A stretch of DNA of 63,092 nucleotides, filler included. It is 5 parts of 5 records of this genome, joined end to end, with 100 filler letters (N's around TTAATTAATTAA, not from the genome) between each part and the next. Parts side by side here need not be neighbours in the genome. Positions count along the whole stretch, not along the records: positions 31,594 to 50,661 come from DRR378314_463; positions 50,762 to 63,092 come from DRR378314_465; 3 more parts are not named here. One strand, written 5' to 3'. The translations under genes were made by a program, and so were the position numbers. Of the stretch, positions 42,601 through 51,781 are shown one piece after another (the stretch's first letter is position 1; every line of letters starts with the position of its first letter). The notes beneath the pieces were generated by a model. That model worked only from the letters and a program-made list of their open reading frames with translations. It was not told where the DNA came from and searched no databases.

Positions 42601-42804
42601 GCGGAATCACGGCTGGTTATTGGCACTGTCATTATGGCGGGTGTTGGCTCTGCGACCGTATTTACGCTGTTTGTCGTCCCGGTAGCCTACGATCTGCTTG
42701 CACGATACTCAGGCTCGCCTGGGGCCGTTAAACGCCAATTAGAAGAAGAGATAGCCAGCGCTCCTATCGCTCATCATACGCCGCTTAATACCCCCGAGCG
42801 CTAA
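39664..42804 (+). CDS. RND efflux permease (AcrB family)
   Basis: 1046 aa; GLIVDDAIVVLEN, AKNGILIVEFAN, RLRPILMT. Confidence 0.96.
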   Translation: MRLSDISVQRPVLAMVIATLIIAFGLLALNRLPLQEYPTVDPPIVSIDTRYPGASASVVETRITQVLEDRIAGVEGIELITSQSEDGRSRVEIEFAITMDINAAANDIRDRISGALRNLPDDADNPEVTKADSSETIVVWLSLSGADYSITELTDYANRFLVDSLSVQPGVARVRVGGGRDYAMRVWLDRNALAARGLTVGDIEDALRAENVELPAGSIESEDRQFIVRLPRSFATADDFKQIALIEGSNGYLVRLGDVARVEIGSVEDRSVFRANGVPMVGLGMIMQSTANVVELSEAVRQELDRLQGTLPEGMSLSLNYDASVFVSGAIEQVVMTLFIAMGLVVVVMFMFLGNLRTTLVPAVTVPIAVIGAFTALAAMNFSINLLTLLALVLAIGLIVDDAIVVLENINRRMHDYAETPLVAAFRGTRQIAFAVIATTLVLVAVFVPLSMLQGDIGRLFSEFALTMAAAVVVSTLLALTLTPMMASKILKPGMHDSRLSQAVQWLLTGTQRRYQRALEIVLTLKWLVVALFFLLIAATAWLATELPNEYTPQEDRGNFIILVNGPEGATFDYMMDYMDEIEARLTPFVDNGELERIVVRAPRGFGNIENFNSGFIIVNMADWGSRRSAWEIMAEIRQQLRTLPGVQAFPVMRQGFGQRTQKPVQFVLGGGTYEDLARWRDRLITHVRENNPRITAIESNYDETQPQLRVDINYERAAALGVTVSEIGRTLEVLLGGRNVTRYVDDGEEYDVILEGDRSGQNSPAALNNIQVRSVRSGELIPLASLVTLSDFAGASTLNRFDRVRAITIEANLADGYPLGEALEYLQQAADNVLPEEVQTNLAGPSRDFQQASGATMFLLVLGAVVVYLVLAAQFESLIHPFVIMLTVPLAMIGALLALLLSGQSLNIYSQVGLVLLIGLAAKNGILIVEFANQLRDEGQAFRSALIEASVTRLRPILMTAVTTMAGAIPLILSSGPGAESRLVIGTVIMAGVGSATVFTLFVVPVAYDLLARYSGSPGAVKRQLEEEIASAPIAHHTPLNTPER

Positions 42805-42847
42805 CATGAGCCATTGCGGAAGGTCATATAGCGGCCTTCGCACTAAG

Positions 42848-42874
42848 CAAAAGGCGCCACACAGGCGCCTTTTG
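42848..42874. terminator. Bidirectional terminator
   Basis: CAAAAGGCGCC-acaca-GGCGCCTTTTG. Confidence 0.8.
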
Positions 42875-42904
42875 TTTTAGGTCATGAAGATGCTAACTGC
42901 CGTC

Positions 42905-43342
42905 TTATTCGCAGTTACCAATACGCTCGCCTTCAATCACTGTATTCATGGTCAGCTCACCCATCGGCGATTGAGTGAATATATCCACGTTGCCTTCGAT
43001 CTGCTCACCCATAAAACGCATTTCGCCATCGATAGTAGCTTCACCGCCATCGGCACGGCAAATCATGCTGTAGGAAAGGCCATCGGCATTCATATCCTGG
43101 CTGAGCAGCTCGCAACCCTCTTCTTCTTCAATGAAGCCAAACTCAGCGCTATCCAGCTCTTCTTGAGTGATGCACTGACGTTCGGTTTCCGTTTGATCGG
43201 GGATTTGCATGTCACCACTCATGCTGGTCACGCTGACAAACTCCCACTCGCCAGGCGTGACGTTAGGGGTTTCTGCCTGGGCGACCATCGGGAAGGCCAA
43301 AAAGGCCGCTACTGCCATGTGTCGTATCATCATCGCACTCAT
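42905..43342 (-). CDS. DUF3617-like secreted protein
   Basis: Signal peptide, PGEWE, QCIT, C-terminal GERIGNC. Confidence 0.8.
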   Translation of the reverse strand: MSAMMIRHMAVAAFLAFPMVAQAETPNVTPGEWEFVSVTSMSGDMQIPDQTETERQCITQEELDSAEFGFIEEEEGCELLSQDMNADGLSYSMICRADGGEATIDGEMRFMGEQIEGNVDIFTQSPMGELTMNTVIEGERIGNCE

Positions 43343-43500
43343 CTCTAGGTGGCTTTAAGGAATACGTTATTATCCTACCTGATTCATTACTTACATGTCC
43401 TACCGGACAAGGTCACTGCTACACTATTATCTTCAGAGTTACTCATTTTCAGGGCTTTTCGATAAAAGGGCGCTAGCGATCACATTAAGGGGAAATAGCC

Positions 43501-43710
43501 ATGCAGGATGACGCGCTAGTAAATTATGATTTTTACTGCCCCTACTGCGATACACCACTCACGTTTCTTATCGACACCTCTCAAGGTAGCCACGATACCT
43601 GGGAGGATTGCCACCAGTGCTGTGCGCCGATTCAATTACACATCATTGTCTCGCTAATAACCGGTGAGCTAGAAGCAGTGCTCACCGGGCGAGACGACGA
43701 TGTGCTTTAG
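43501..43710 (+). CDS. CPXCG-type cysteine-rich small protein
   Basis: CPYC..IDTSQG..EDCHQCCAPI. Confidence 0.85.
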   Translation: MQDDALVNYDFYCPYCDTPLTFLIDTSQGSHDTWEDCHQCCAPIQLHIIVSLITGELEAVLTGRDDDVL

Positions 43711-43719
43711 CGCCCGTCG

Positions 43720-44562
43720 CTAAGCACTCTCGGCTTGTCGCAGTAGTGCTTTTCGTTTTGCTTCACCCCGACGCATGAAGAACCACGCCAATAGCGTCGT
43801 GAGCGATACCGCCAGAATAATCAGCGTAGCCAGCGCATTGATCTTAGGCGACACCCCCATCCGCACCGACGAAAACACCACCATTGGCAGCGTGTTGGCA
43901 CCAGGGCCAGAGACAAAGCTGGCAATAACCAAATCATCTAGTGACAGCGTGAATGCCAGCAACCACCCCGCTGCTAAGGCAGGCGAAATAACAGGCAGCG
44001 TAATAAAGAAGAAGGTCTTCACCGGTGGCGAGCCTAAATCCATGGCAGCCTCTTCAATAGAGCGATCAATTTCGCGTAAGCGGGCTGCTACAACCACCGC
44101 AACATACGCACTGCAAAACGTTGTGTGAGCAATCCAGATAGTCGCCATGCCACGATCAGCCGGCCAGCCAATCAGTTGAGCCATCTGCACGAATAGCAGT
44201 AATAGCGACAGCCCCGTAATAACTTCCGGCATTACCAGCGGCGCGGTAACCATACTCGACAGTGCCGTCTTGCCGCGAAAATGGCCATAGCGCGTCATAA
44301 CGAAAGCAGCCACTGTACCCAAGCATACCGCCATGCTGGCGGCAAAAAAGGCAATTTTCAGACTTGTCCAAACCGCAGACAGGATCTGTTGATCACGAAA
44401 TAGTTCGCCATACCATTGTGTCGAGAACCCTGCCCACACTGTCACCAGCCGTGAGGCATTGAAGGAGTAAACCACCAACACCACCATCGGCAAATAAAGA
44501 AACAACAGACCCAACACCAACATCACGGAGGTAAAACGTGGGCGTCTACGCAGTCTCATCAT
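43720..44562 (-). CDS. potI: Putrescine ABC transporter permease PotI
   Basis: EEAAMDLG EAA loop; AFTLSLDDLVIASF. Confidence 0.9.
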   Translation of the reverse strand: MMRLRRRPRFTSVMLVLGLLFLYLPMVVLVVYSFNASRLVTVWAGFSTQWYGELFRDQQILSAVWTSLKIAFFAASMAVCLGTVAAFVMTRYGHFRGKTALSSMVTAPLVMPEVITGLSLLLLFVQMAQLIGWPADRGMATIWIAHTTFCSAYVAVVVAARLREIDRSIEEAAMDLGSPPVKTFFFITLPVISPALAAGWLLAFTLSLDDLVIASFVSGPGANTLPMVVFSSVRMGVSPKINALATLIILAVSLTTLLAWFFMRRGEAKRKALLRQAESA

Positions 44563-45470
44563 TATTCAAGCTCCCGTGACTGGTAGCGATGGAACCACAC
44601 AATGGGAATTAACAGCAGCAATAGCATTACCATGGCTAACGCCGAAGCCACAGGCCAGTCGCGGTTTAAGAAGAACTCTTCCCACAACACTTTACCAATC
44701 ATCAGCGTATCCGGCCCCCCGAGTAGCTCAGGGATCACGAACTCACCGACGGCGGGAATAAATACCAGCATAGAGCCCGCGATGATTCCACCCATAGAGA
44801 GCGGCAGCGTGACTTTGATAAAGGTATTAAGCTTGCGTGAACCCAGATCAGACGCCGCTTCTAGCAGCGAGTTATCCAACCGCGTTAGATGGGCATAAAG
44901 TGGTAGTACCATAAACGGCAGATAGGCATAAACAATGCCGATAATGACAGCAAACTGGGTGTTCATCATGCGTAGTGGTGAGTCGATCAGCCCCATTCCC
45001 AACAATATGTTATTGATTAACCCGCTATTACTTAAAATACCCATCCATGCATAGACGCGAATCAAAAACGACGTCCACGACGGCAGCATTACCAACAGCA
45101 GCAAAATAAGCTGCCAGCGCCCCGGAGCACGGGCCATCGCATACGCCATCGGATAGCCAATCAACAGACATACTACTGTCGCTACAAACGCGGTTTTTAT
45201 CGAGCCCCAGTAGGCCGCCACATAGAGAGAATCTGACAACAAAAACAAATAGTTGCCAAGATTCAAAAAGATATTGAGCGTTTGATCAGCATACTCAAAC
45301 AGCGGCCCATAGGGTGGGATAGCAATGGCTGCTTCCGAAAGGCTAATCTTTAGGACCAGCGCAAACGGCAACAAAAAGAATAGCGTAAGCCACAAAAGCG
45401 GAAGCGCGATAACTGCGCGACGACCTAATTGCAACCGCTTTACGAAGCCTGCAATGCGAGATGGCATCAT
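44562..45470 (-). CDS. potH: Putrescine ABC transporter permease PotH
   Basis: PSWTSFLIRVYAW; EAASDLG; NRDWPVASA. Confidence 0.9.
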   Translation of the reverse strand: MMPSRIAGFVKRLQLGRRAVIALPLLWLTLFFLLPFALVLKISLSEAAIAIPPYGPLFEYADQTLNIFLNLGNYLFLLSDSLYVAAYWGSIKTAFVATVVCLLIGYPMAYAMARAPGRWQLILLLLVMLPSWTSFLIRVYAWMGILSNSGLINNILLGMGLIDSPLRMMNTQFAVIIGIVYAYLPFMVLPLYAHLTRLDNSLLEAASDLGSRKLNTFIKVTLPLSMGGIIAGSMLVFIPAVGEFVIPELLGGPDTLMIGKVLWEEFFLNRDWPVASALAMVMLLLLLIPIVWFHRYQSRELE

Positions 45471-45501
45471 GATAGGCGATCTCCTGTCAGCCACTGAGGC
45501 A

Positions 45502-46686
45502 TTAGCGGTTCAGCACGATAGCGCTATGGTCTTCCCAATAGACATAAACACTATCCTCCCAGGTTGGGCGATCACCACGCCGCTCAGTATTGGCCATACT
45601 CACTTTGATCATTTGCCCAGAGGCAGTACGCACGTAGTAAAGCGAGTAGCCCCCCAAGTAAGCGATATCATCAACCTTACCTGCTTCCCAGTTGTACTCT
45701 GCGGATGGCTGCTCACGGGTCAGCCAGATTTTCTCAGGGCGCAGCGCAGCCCACACACGGCGATCTACCGCCTGAGTCGTAATGCCATGATCAATATAGA
45801 TCGGCCGAGATAAGACGGGTGATGCAATGCGACAGTGGTCCGCAGCGTCTTCGACGATTTCACCTTCGAACAGATTCACCGTACCGACAAATTCCGCCAC
45901 CATTCGGCTGGCCGGACTTTCATAAATATCGACCGGCGAACCCACCTGCTCTATCCAGCCATCGGCCATAATCGCAACGCGGTCGGCCATGGTCATGGCC
46001 TCTTCTTGGTCGTGGGTAACCATGATGCAGGTAACCCCCACCTGCTCAATGATTTCAACAACCTCGAGCTGCATTTCAGTGCGCAGTTTTTTATCCAACG
46101 CCCCCATCGGCTCATCCAGCAACAGCAGCTTGGGACGCTTGGCCAGCGAACGTGCAAGCGCTACCCGCTGGCGCTGTCCGCCGGAAAGCTGATGCGGTTT
46201 ACGCTTAGCAAAACGTTCCATATGCACTAGTTTGAGCATTTGTGCGACACGCGCATCGACATCTGCCTTAGCTAGCTTGTCCTGCTTGAGCCCAAAAGCG
46301 ATGTTTTGCGCTACCGTCATGTGGGGAAATAACGCGTAGGATTGAAACATCATATTGATTTGACGCTTATGTGGCGGCATAGAGGTAATATCTTCGCCGC
46401 CTAGCAGAATCCGCCCTTCGCTGGGCGTTTCAAACCCCGCCAACATACGCAACAACGTCGACTTGCCTGATCCTGACCCACCTAGCAAGGCGAAAATTTC
46501 GCCGCGCTTTACCTGTAAATTAACATCATCGACCGCAAGCGCATCGTCGAAGCGCTTACTTAAGCGCTTTACCTCAAGCACACTATCTTCTGCAAACCTT
46601 GGCGTTTTTCCCTGAGCGCGCTGAGCGGCGGGAGGAGTTACCGCAGGAGAGGATGACGGCTCGTTCGACAGGGGCGTAGTGACCAT
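45502..46686 (-). CDS. potG: Putrescine ABC transporter ATPase PotG
   Basis: GGSGSGKST, LSGGQRQR, LLLDEPMGALDKKLR. Confidence 0.92.
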   Translation of the reverse strand: MVTTPLSNEPSSSPAVTPPAAQRAQGKTPRFAEDSVLEVKRLSKRFDDALAVDDVNLQVKRGEIFALLGGSGSGKSTLLRMLAGFETPSEGRILLGGEDITSMPPHKRQINMMFQSYALFPHMTVAQNIAFGLKQDKLAKADVDARVAQMLKLVHMERFAKRKPHQLSGGQRQRVALARSLAKRPKLLLLDEPMGALDKKLRTEMQLEVVEIIEQVGVTCIMVTHDQEEAMTMADRVAIMADGWIEQVGSPVDIYESPASRMVAEFVGTVNLFEGEIVEDAADHCRIASPVLSRPIYIDHGITTQAVDRRVWAALRPEKIWLTREQPSAEYNWEAGKVDDIAYLGGYSLYYVRTASGQMIKVSMANTERRGDRPTWEDSVYVYWEDHSAIVLNR

Positions 46687-46723
46687 TCGCCACTCCCATC
46701 AAAAGGCCCGGAAACCGGGCGTT

Positions 46724-46766
46724 AAAAAAGTAACAGCGAGCCCAGCATTGGCTTGGCTCGCTGTTA
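46724..46766 (-). terminator. Terminator/attenuating hairpin after potF
   Basis: TAACAGCGAGCC..GGCTCGCTGTTA followed by a T-run on the minus strand. Confidence 0.7.
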
Positions 46767-46779
46767 GGCGATGACTAAA

Positions 46780-47883
46780 TTAACGACCTGATTTGACGCG
46801 ATTCCAGATACGCGTACGTGCGCGCAGAACGTCTTGAGGTTTTTCAGCCTGCAAATAGAGGTTTTCCATCACCTCGGCTTCAGGGTAAATAGCCGGGTCA
46901 TTGATAATTTCATCGGAGAGATATTCATTAGCCGCCGCATTAGGGTTGGCATAACGCACGTACTCGGTAATTTCAGCGGCGATTTCCGGATCGAGAATAA
47001 AGTTAATGAAGGCGTGGGCATTTTCAGAATTCGGCGCATCCGCGGGCACTGCCATCATATCAAACCACAGTGCAGCCCCCTCTTTGGGAATGCTGTAGCC
47101 AATAGTGAAGTCACGGCCGGCTTCTTCGGCACGATCAGCCGCCTGGAAAACATCGCCGGAATAGCCTGCGGCCACACAAACATCACCATTCGCCAAGTCG
47201 GAAACGTAACGAGAAGAGTGGAAATAGGTCATATCGTCACGAACACTGGCAATGAGTTCACCAGCGGCTTCCAGGTCTTCGATATTTTCACTGCGCGGAT
47301 CAAACCCTAGATATGCCATGGCGGGAGACAGCATTTCATCAGCAGAATCCAGCATCGACAGCCCACAACCGGCCTCGCTCAACGCGCCGGTAATTTCAGG
47401 ATCAAAGAGCAGCGCCCAGCTATTCAGTGGCGCGTCATCGCCTAAAATGTCTGTCACACGGTCAACATTATAACCAATGCCGTTGGTACCCCACATATAG
47501 GGCACCGAGTATTCGCTACCCGAATCGATCTCTTCCAGGCTGGCCATCAATTCAGGATTGAGGTTATCTAAATTAGGCAATAGCTCATGATTGAGCGGCT
47601 GGAAAACACCGGCCTTTACCTGGCGGGTAAAATAATAAGTAGAAGGAACCACAACATCGTAGCCAGAACGGCCAGACAAAAGCGCAGCGTCTAATATTTC
47701 ATTGCTGTCATAAACATCATAGGTCACTTCAATACCGGTGCGCTCGGTAAACTTTTCTAGCGTTTCAGGGGCGATATAGTCGGACCAGTTGTAAACTCGC
47801 ACTTCATTCGCTTGTGCATTAGCAGCCGCTACGGCAAAAGATAGGGCCGTAACGGCCACTGAAAGTTTGTGAATATTGCCCAT
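46780..47883 (-). CDS. potF: Putrescine-binding periplasmic protein PotF
   Basis: YNWSDYI, YDVYDSNE, PYMWGT, IPKEGA. Confidence 0.92.
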   Translation of the reverse strand: MGNIHKLSVAVTALSFAVAAANAQANEVRVYNWSDYIAPETLEKFTERTGIEVTYDVYDSNEILDAALLSGRSGYDVVVPSTYYFTRQVKAGVFQPLNHELLPNLDNLNPELMASLEEIDSGSEYSVPYMWGTNGIGYNVDRVTDILGDDAPLNSWALLFDPEITGALSEAGCGLSMLDSADEMLSPAMAYLGFDPRSENIEDLEAAGELIASVRDDMTYFHSSRYVSDLANGDVCVAAGYSGDVFQAADRAEEAGRDFTIGYSIPKEGAALWFDMMAVPADAPNSENAHAFINFILDPEIAAEITEYVRYANPNAAANEYLSDEIINDPAIYPEAEVMENLYLQAEKPQDVLRARTRIWNRVKSGR

Positions 47884-48100
47884 CTCACTACTCCTTATAT
47901 CGCTAAGAATATTTCGTTAACTGCCAAGTCATTCAAACGTCAAGCTTACGCTAAAACATTAAAAACAGCTGTGGCTACTATGCCAGATAAGCGAATTTTG
48001 CGGTGCAGCGACATCTATCGCAAGCCCATGGGGAAAATTCTTGTATTCTGCTCCATGCGACCCCACTTGTAGGGTAGCCAACTCAGAAAAACACACATTG

Positions 48101-48137
48101 ATAGCCTAATACTATTGCTTGGATGCATTTTTACAAT
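48101..48137 (+). promoter_or_regulatory. OxyR binding site upstream of ahpC
   Basis: ATAG-N7-CTAT-N7-ATGC-N7-CAAT. Confidence 0.75.
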
Positions 48138-48215
48138 TTTAGCTATTGGTCGTAGTTGGTTACCATGAGCAATAACTTTTTCCACTGCCACTCACTTATT
48201 TTGGAGACGTTCTGA

Positions 48216-48779
48216 ATGTCCCTGATCAACACTGAAGTAAAACCGTTTAAAGCGACTGCCTACCTGAACGGCGAATTTATCGACGTTACTGAAGCAGACT
48301 TGCAAGGTAAGTGGTCTATTTTCTTCTTTTACCCTGCTGATTTCACCTTTGTCTGCCCGACTGAGCTGGGTGACTTGGCTGACAACTACGCTGAATTTAA
48401 AAAGCTAGGTGTTGAAATCTACAGCGTGTCTACTGACACCCACTTTACTCACAAAGCTTGGCACGACAGCTCTGAAACCATCGGCAAGCTGCAGTACCCG
48501 ATGATTGCTGATCCGACCTTACAGATCTCTCGCAACTTCGAGGTATTGATTGAAGAAGCTGGTCTTGCAGAGCGTGGTACCTTCGTTGTTGACCCCGACG
48601 GCAAAATTCAGATCGTCGAAATCAACGCTGGCAACATCGGCCGTAACGCTGAAGAGCTACTGCGCAAAGTGAAGGCTGCCCAGTACGTTCGCGAGAACCC
48701 AAACGAAGTATGCCCGGCTAAATGGAAAGAAGGCGAAGAGACGCTTGCTCCGTCTCTGGACCTCGTAGGCAAAATCTAA
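48216..48779 (+). CDS. ahpC: Alkyl hydroperoxide reductase C
   Basis: [20 protein letters not shown]; 187 aa. Confidence 0.98.
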   Translation: MSLINTEVKPFKATAYLNGEFIDVTEADLQGKWSIFFFYPADFTFVCPTELGDLADNYAEFKKLGVEIYSVSTDTHFTHKAWHDSSETIGKLQYPMIADPTLQISRNFEVLIEEAGLAERGTFVVDPDGKIQIVEINAGNIGRNAEELLRKVKAAQYVRENPNEVCPAKWKEGEETLAPSLDLVGKI

Positions 48780-48822
48780 ACGGCCTACCGCTGCCGTTCA
48801 GGATTGCCCCTTAAGGCAGCAC

Positions 48823-48855
48823 GACACCCGGGCATACCCCGGGTGTCCTGTTTTT
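48823..48855 (+). terminator. Intergenic hairpin/terminator between ahpC and ahpF
   Basis: GACACCCGGG..CCCGGGTGTC followed by CTGTTTTT. Confidence 0.7.
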
Positions 48856-48992
48856 AAGTACCCGTTTTTGAGTACCCGTGTTAACGCAACCATCGTTTTC
48901 CCTATCGCTCTTACTCATGCTGCGGTCTTTCAACAGCAGCGAGCGTTTTAGGTTGAGAACTCATTACTGCTGACTGCGAGGAAGCCACTGTC

Positions 48993-50549
48993 ATGCTGGA
49001 CGCCAATTTAAAAAATCAGTTGAAAGCTTATTTAGAAAAAGTGACTCAACCGTTCGAGATCGTTGCGTCCCTCGATGACGGTGCCAAGTCACGCGAATTG
49101 CTAGGTTTGCTCGAAGACATCAGCGGCCTATGCGACAAGATTACACTGCAAACTGACGGTCAAGATAATCGCACGCCGTCATTTGCCATTAACCGCCCCG
49201 GCGAAGAAACCGGCGTGGTATTTGCGGGCATTCCGATGGGGCACGAGTTCACCTCGCTGGTGCTGGCACTACTACAAGTGGGTGGGCATCCCCCAAAGAC
49301 GTCCGAAGAACTGCTAAATCAAATCAAGGCGCTCGACGGCGAACTGCTGTTCGAGACGTACTACTCGCTCTCCTGCCAGAACTGCCCAGATGTTGTTCAA
49401 GCGCTCAACTTGATGGCGATTTTCAACCCCAATATTCGCCACGTGGCCATCGATGGCGCCCTGTTCCAGGATGAAGTCGAAGCTAGGGAAATCATGTCGG
49501 TTCCCAGCATCTATTTAAATGGCAAACCGTTTGACCAGGGACGTATGACCTTAGAGCAGATTCTAGCCAAGGTTGATACGGGTGCTGCTGAACGAGAAGC
49601 GAAAAAACTTAGCGAAAAAGCCGCCTTTGACACGCTGGTAATTGGTGGTGGCCCTGCGGGTGCCTCAGCAGCAATCTACTCTGCCCGTAAAGGGATCAAC
49701 ACAGGCGTTGCTGCTGAGCGTTTCGGTGGACAGGTGGCAGACACCATGGGCATTGAAAACTTCATCTCCGTCAGCCATACCGAAGGCCCTAAACTGGTTA
49801 GCGCTCTGGAAGAGCATGTTAAAGAGTATGACGTTGACGTTATGAACCTTCAGCGCGCCACGTCGTTTAAAGCCGCTGAAAACGAAGGTGATTTACACGA
49901 AATAACCTTCGAGTCGGGCGCCAAACTGAAGAGTAAAACCCTCGTCCTGGCAACCGGTGCGCGTTGGCGCGAGATGAATGTGCCTGGCGAACAACAGTAC
50001 CGCAACAAAGGTGTTGCTTACTGCCCCCACTGCGATGGCCCGCTATTTAAAGGCAAACGCGTAGCAGTGATTGGCGGCGGCAACTCTGGCGTTGAGGCCG
50101 CTATCGATCTGGCCGGTATTGTAGGCCACGTCACCCTAGTCGAGTTTATGGGTGAGATGCGTGCAGACGCCGTGCTACAGAAAAAGCTTAAGAGCCTGCC
50201 TAACGTCGACATTGTTTTAAACGCTGAAACCACGGAAGTGACAGGCGACGGCAGCCGGGTTAACGGCTTAGCCTACAAAGACCGCAATACCGATGAGCTG
50301 AAAACCATCGCACTAGAAGGTATCTTTGTTCAAATTGGCTTAGTGCCTAATACCGAGTGGCTGAAAGGCTCACCGATTGAAATGACGCCACGCGGCGAAA
50401 TCATTGTCGATGCCCATGGCATGACGTCAGTTCCAGGCGTATTTGCTGCAGGCGACGTGACTACCGTGCCATACAAGCAAATTATTATCGCCATGGGTGA
50501 GGGTGCAAAAGCATCACTGGGTGCGTTTGACTATTTGATTCGCCACTAA
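48993..50549 (+). CDS. ahpF: Alkyl hydroperoxide reductase F
   Basis: CQNC N-terminal and CPHC reductase centres; GGGNSG. Confidence 0.98.
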   Translation: MLDANLKNQLKAYLEKVTQPFEIVASLDDGAKSRELLGLLEDISGLCDKITLQTDGQDNRTPSFAINRPGEETGVVFAGIPMGHEFTSLVLALLQVGGHPPKTSEELLNQIKALDGELLFETYYSLSCQNCPDVVQALNLMAIFNPNIRHVAIDGALFQDEVEAREIMSVPSIYLNGKPFDQGRMTLEQILAKVDTGAAEREAKKLSEKAAFDTLVIGGGPAGASAAIYSARKGINTGVAAERFGGQVADTMGIENFISVSHTEGPKLVSALEEHVKEYDVDVMNLQRATSFKAAENEGDLHEITFESGAKLKSKTLVLATGARWREMNVPGEQQYRNKGVAYCPHCDGPLFKGKRVAVIGGGNSGVEAAIDLAGIVGHVTLVEFMGEMRADAVLQKKLKSLPNVDIVLNAETTEVTGDGSRVNGLAYKDRNTDELKTIALEGIFVQIGLVPNTEWLKGSPIEMTPRGEIIVDAHGMTSVPGVFAAGDVTTVPYKQIIIAMGEGAKASLGAFDYLIRH

Positions 50550-50632
50550 TCTGATTCGACATTAGCTAGCCTGCTGGGCGGATCCCCTGCCACCCTTTAG
50601 GCTGTTTCCTTTGACGTAAAGACCGTGACGTC

Positions 50633-50661
50633 ACGCCCGTTGCCCTGCGGGCGTTTTTTTT
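50633..50661 (+). terminator. Rho-independent terminator after ahpF
   Basis: ACGCCCG..CGGGCGT plus T-run. Confidence 0.85.
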
Positions 50662-50761
50662 NNNNNNNNNNNNNNNNNNNNNNNNNNNNNNNNNNNNNNN
50701 NNNNNTTAATTAATTAANNNNNNNNNNNNNNNNNNNNNNNNNNNNNNNNNNNNNNNNNNNN
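50662..50761. other. Artificial contig spacer
   Basis: N44-TTAATTAATTAA-N44. Confidence 0.99.
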
Positions 50762-50791
50762 AAACTCGCATCTTGAGGTGGTTTGGGTATA
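50762..50791. repeat. End of an ERIC/IRU-like miniature inverted-repeat element (cut by contig edge)
   Basis: Reverse complement TATACCCAAACCACCTCAAGATGC resembles ERIC termini (TATACCCAAA...). Confidence 0.6.
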
Positions 50792-50803
50792 CGCACTGCA
50801 TAC

Positions 50804-51328
50804 TTACAACGTTGCAGATATAGATGTCGCAAAGGGCTTAAGTAATGTTTCTGCTTTTTCAGTTCTTTCACCCGAATCAGTATGAACGATTAGCACCCAT
50901 TTTCCTGTGCTAGTTGCTTTTCTAACGTTATTGATCAACGGGTCATGATCTGGACGAATTGACATAAGACCAGCCACTAATAGAGCAATAAAAATAGTCA
51001 CAGTACTTATACCTGCGTAAGTTTCGAAAACAAAGTTTTGAATAAACCCCACCCCAATAAATAAAAAGGCCGTGCTTATAACTAAGCCTACAACTAAACC
51101 AATAACACCAAACACAATGTGGGTTTTGAGTAAGGTTTTACCTATATTTTTATCCTCTGGCTCTACCTTTTCGCCAAAATTGTTATCATGAGGAGCAATA
51201 AAATTTATGTTGCTTTGCTCAAATTGCGCATCTTGACTTAAAGTTTCGAATCCCCTGTTAGCCTGTTCTTCACTTTCAAAAACAGCGGCCACTTTAGTCG
51301 CATGATCTTCATTACTACTGGTTACCAT
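50804..51328 (-). CDS. Hypothetical membrane protein (2 TM)
   Basis: 174-aa ORF, GGAGG RBS, KVAAVFES N-terminus, two hydrophobic segments. Confidence 0.8.
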   Translation of the reverse strand: MVTSSNEDHATKVAAVFESEEQANRGFETLSQDAQFEQSNINFIAPHDNNFGEKVEPEDKNIGKTLLKTHIVFGVIGLVVGLVISTAFLFIGVGFIQNFVFETYAGISTVTIFIALLVAGLMSIRPDHDPLINNVRKATSTGKWVLIVHTDSGERTEKAETLLKPFATSISATL

Positions 51329-51673
51329 GTTTCACCTCCAAGTGAATTAGAGCAATTTTAATGAATAAATTACGCTATTAATAAAACGTACTTACACACT
51401 AGCAAAAAAAATACCGAACAAAGCAACTTTAAATAAAATGACACCGCGACCTAAATAAAATCTCGAAGATTAATTGTAAGCCATTGTTTATGAATAACAT
51501 TAAAAAAACATTTAAATATCAATAACAGCTAAGTCTTCTTTTAAATTGTCGCTTTACAACAATCTCCAGTCATAACATCAAGTAAATCATACACAATAAG
51601 GTAAATGTTGCGTTATGTATCAACCCCGTTGAAATAGTTAAAAGATACTTATCAAACACCTTTAAATACCAGT

Positions 51674-51692
51674 AATAAAAACAATTATCATT
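51674..51692 (+). promoter_or_regulatory. Fur box upstream of the TonB receptor
   Basis: AATAAAAACAATTATCATT with a perfect ATTATCA half-site. Confidence 0.65.
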
Positions 51693-51781
51693 AACCTTGC
51701 CTTTACATTTCTTTGCATTTATTATACCGCCCATCAAGTTCAGCCTATTAAATACAGTAATAAGAAAATATAAGGATCTTC

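Noticed and set aside
42884-43348. Plus-strand 154-aa ORF, and similar shadow ORFs over the pot, RND and methyltransferase genes
   Set aside because: They are antisense to genes with clear family motifs.
8440-50761. Apparent bacteria-eukaryote gene transfer or cross-contig gene clusters (e.g. repeated peroxide-defence genes)
   Set aside because: All junctions are identical artificial N/TTAATTAATTAA spacers, so adjacency carries no biological meaning.
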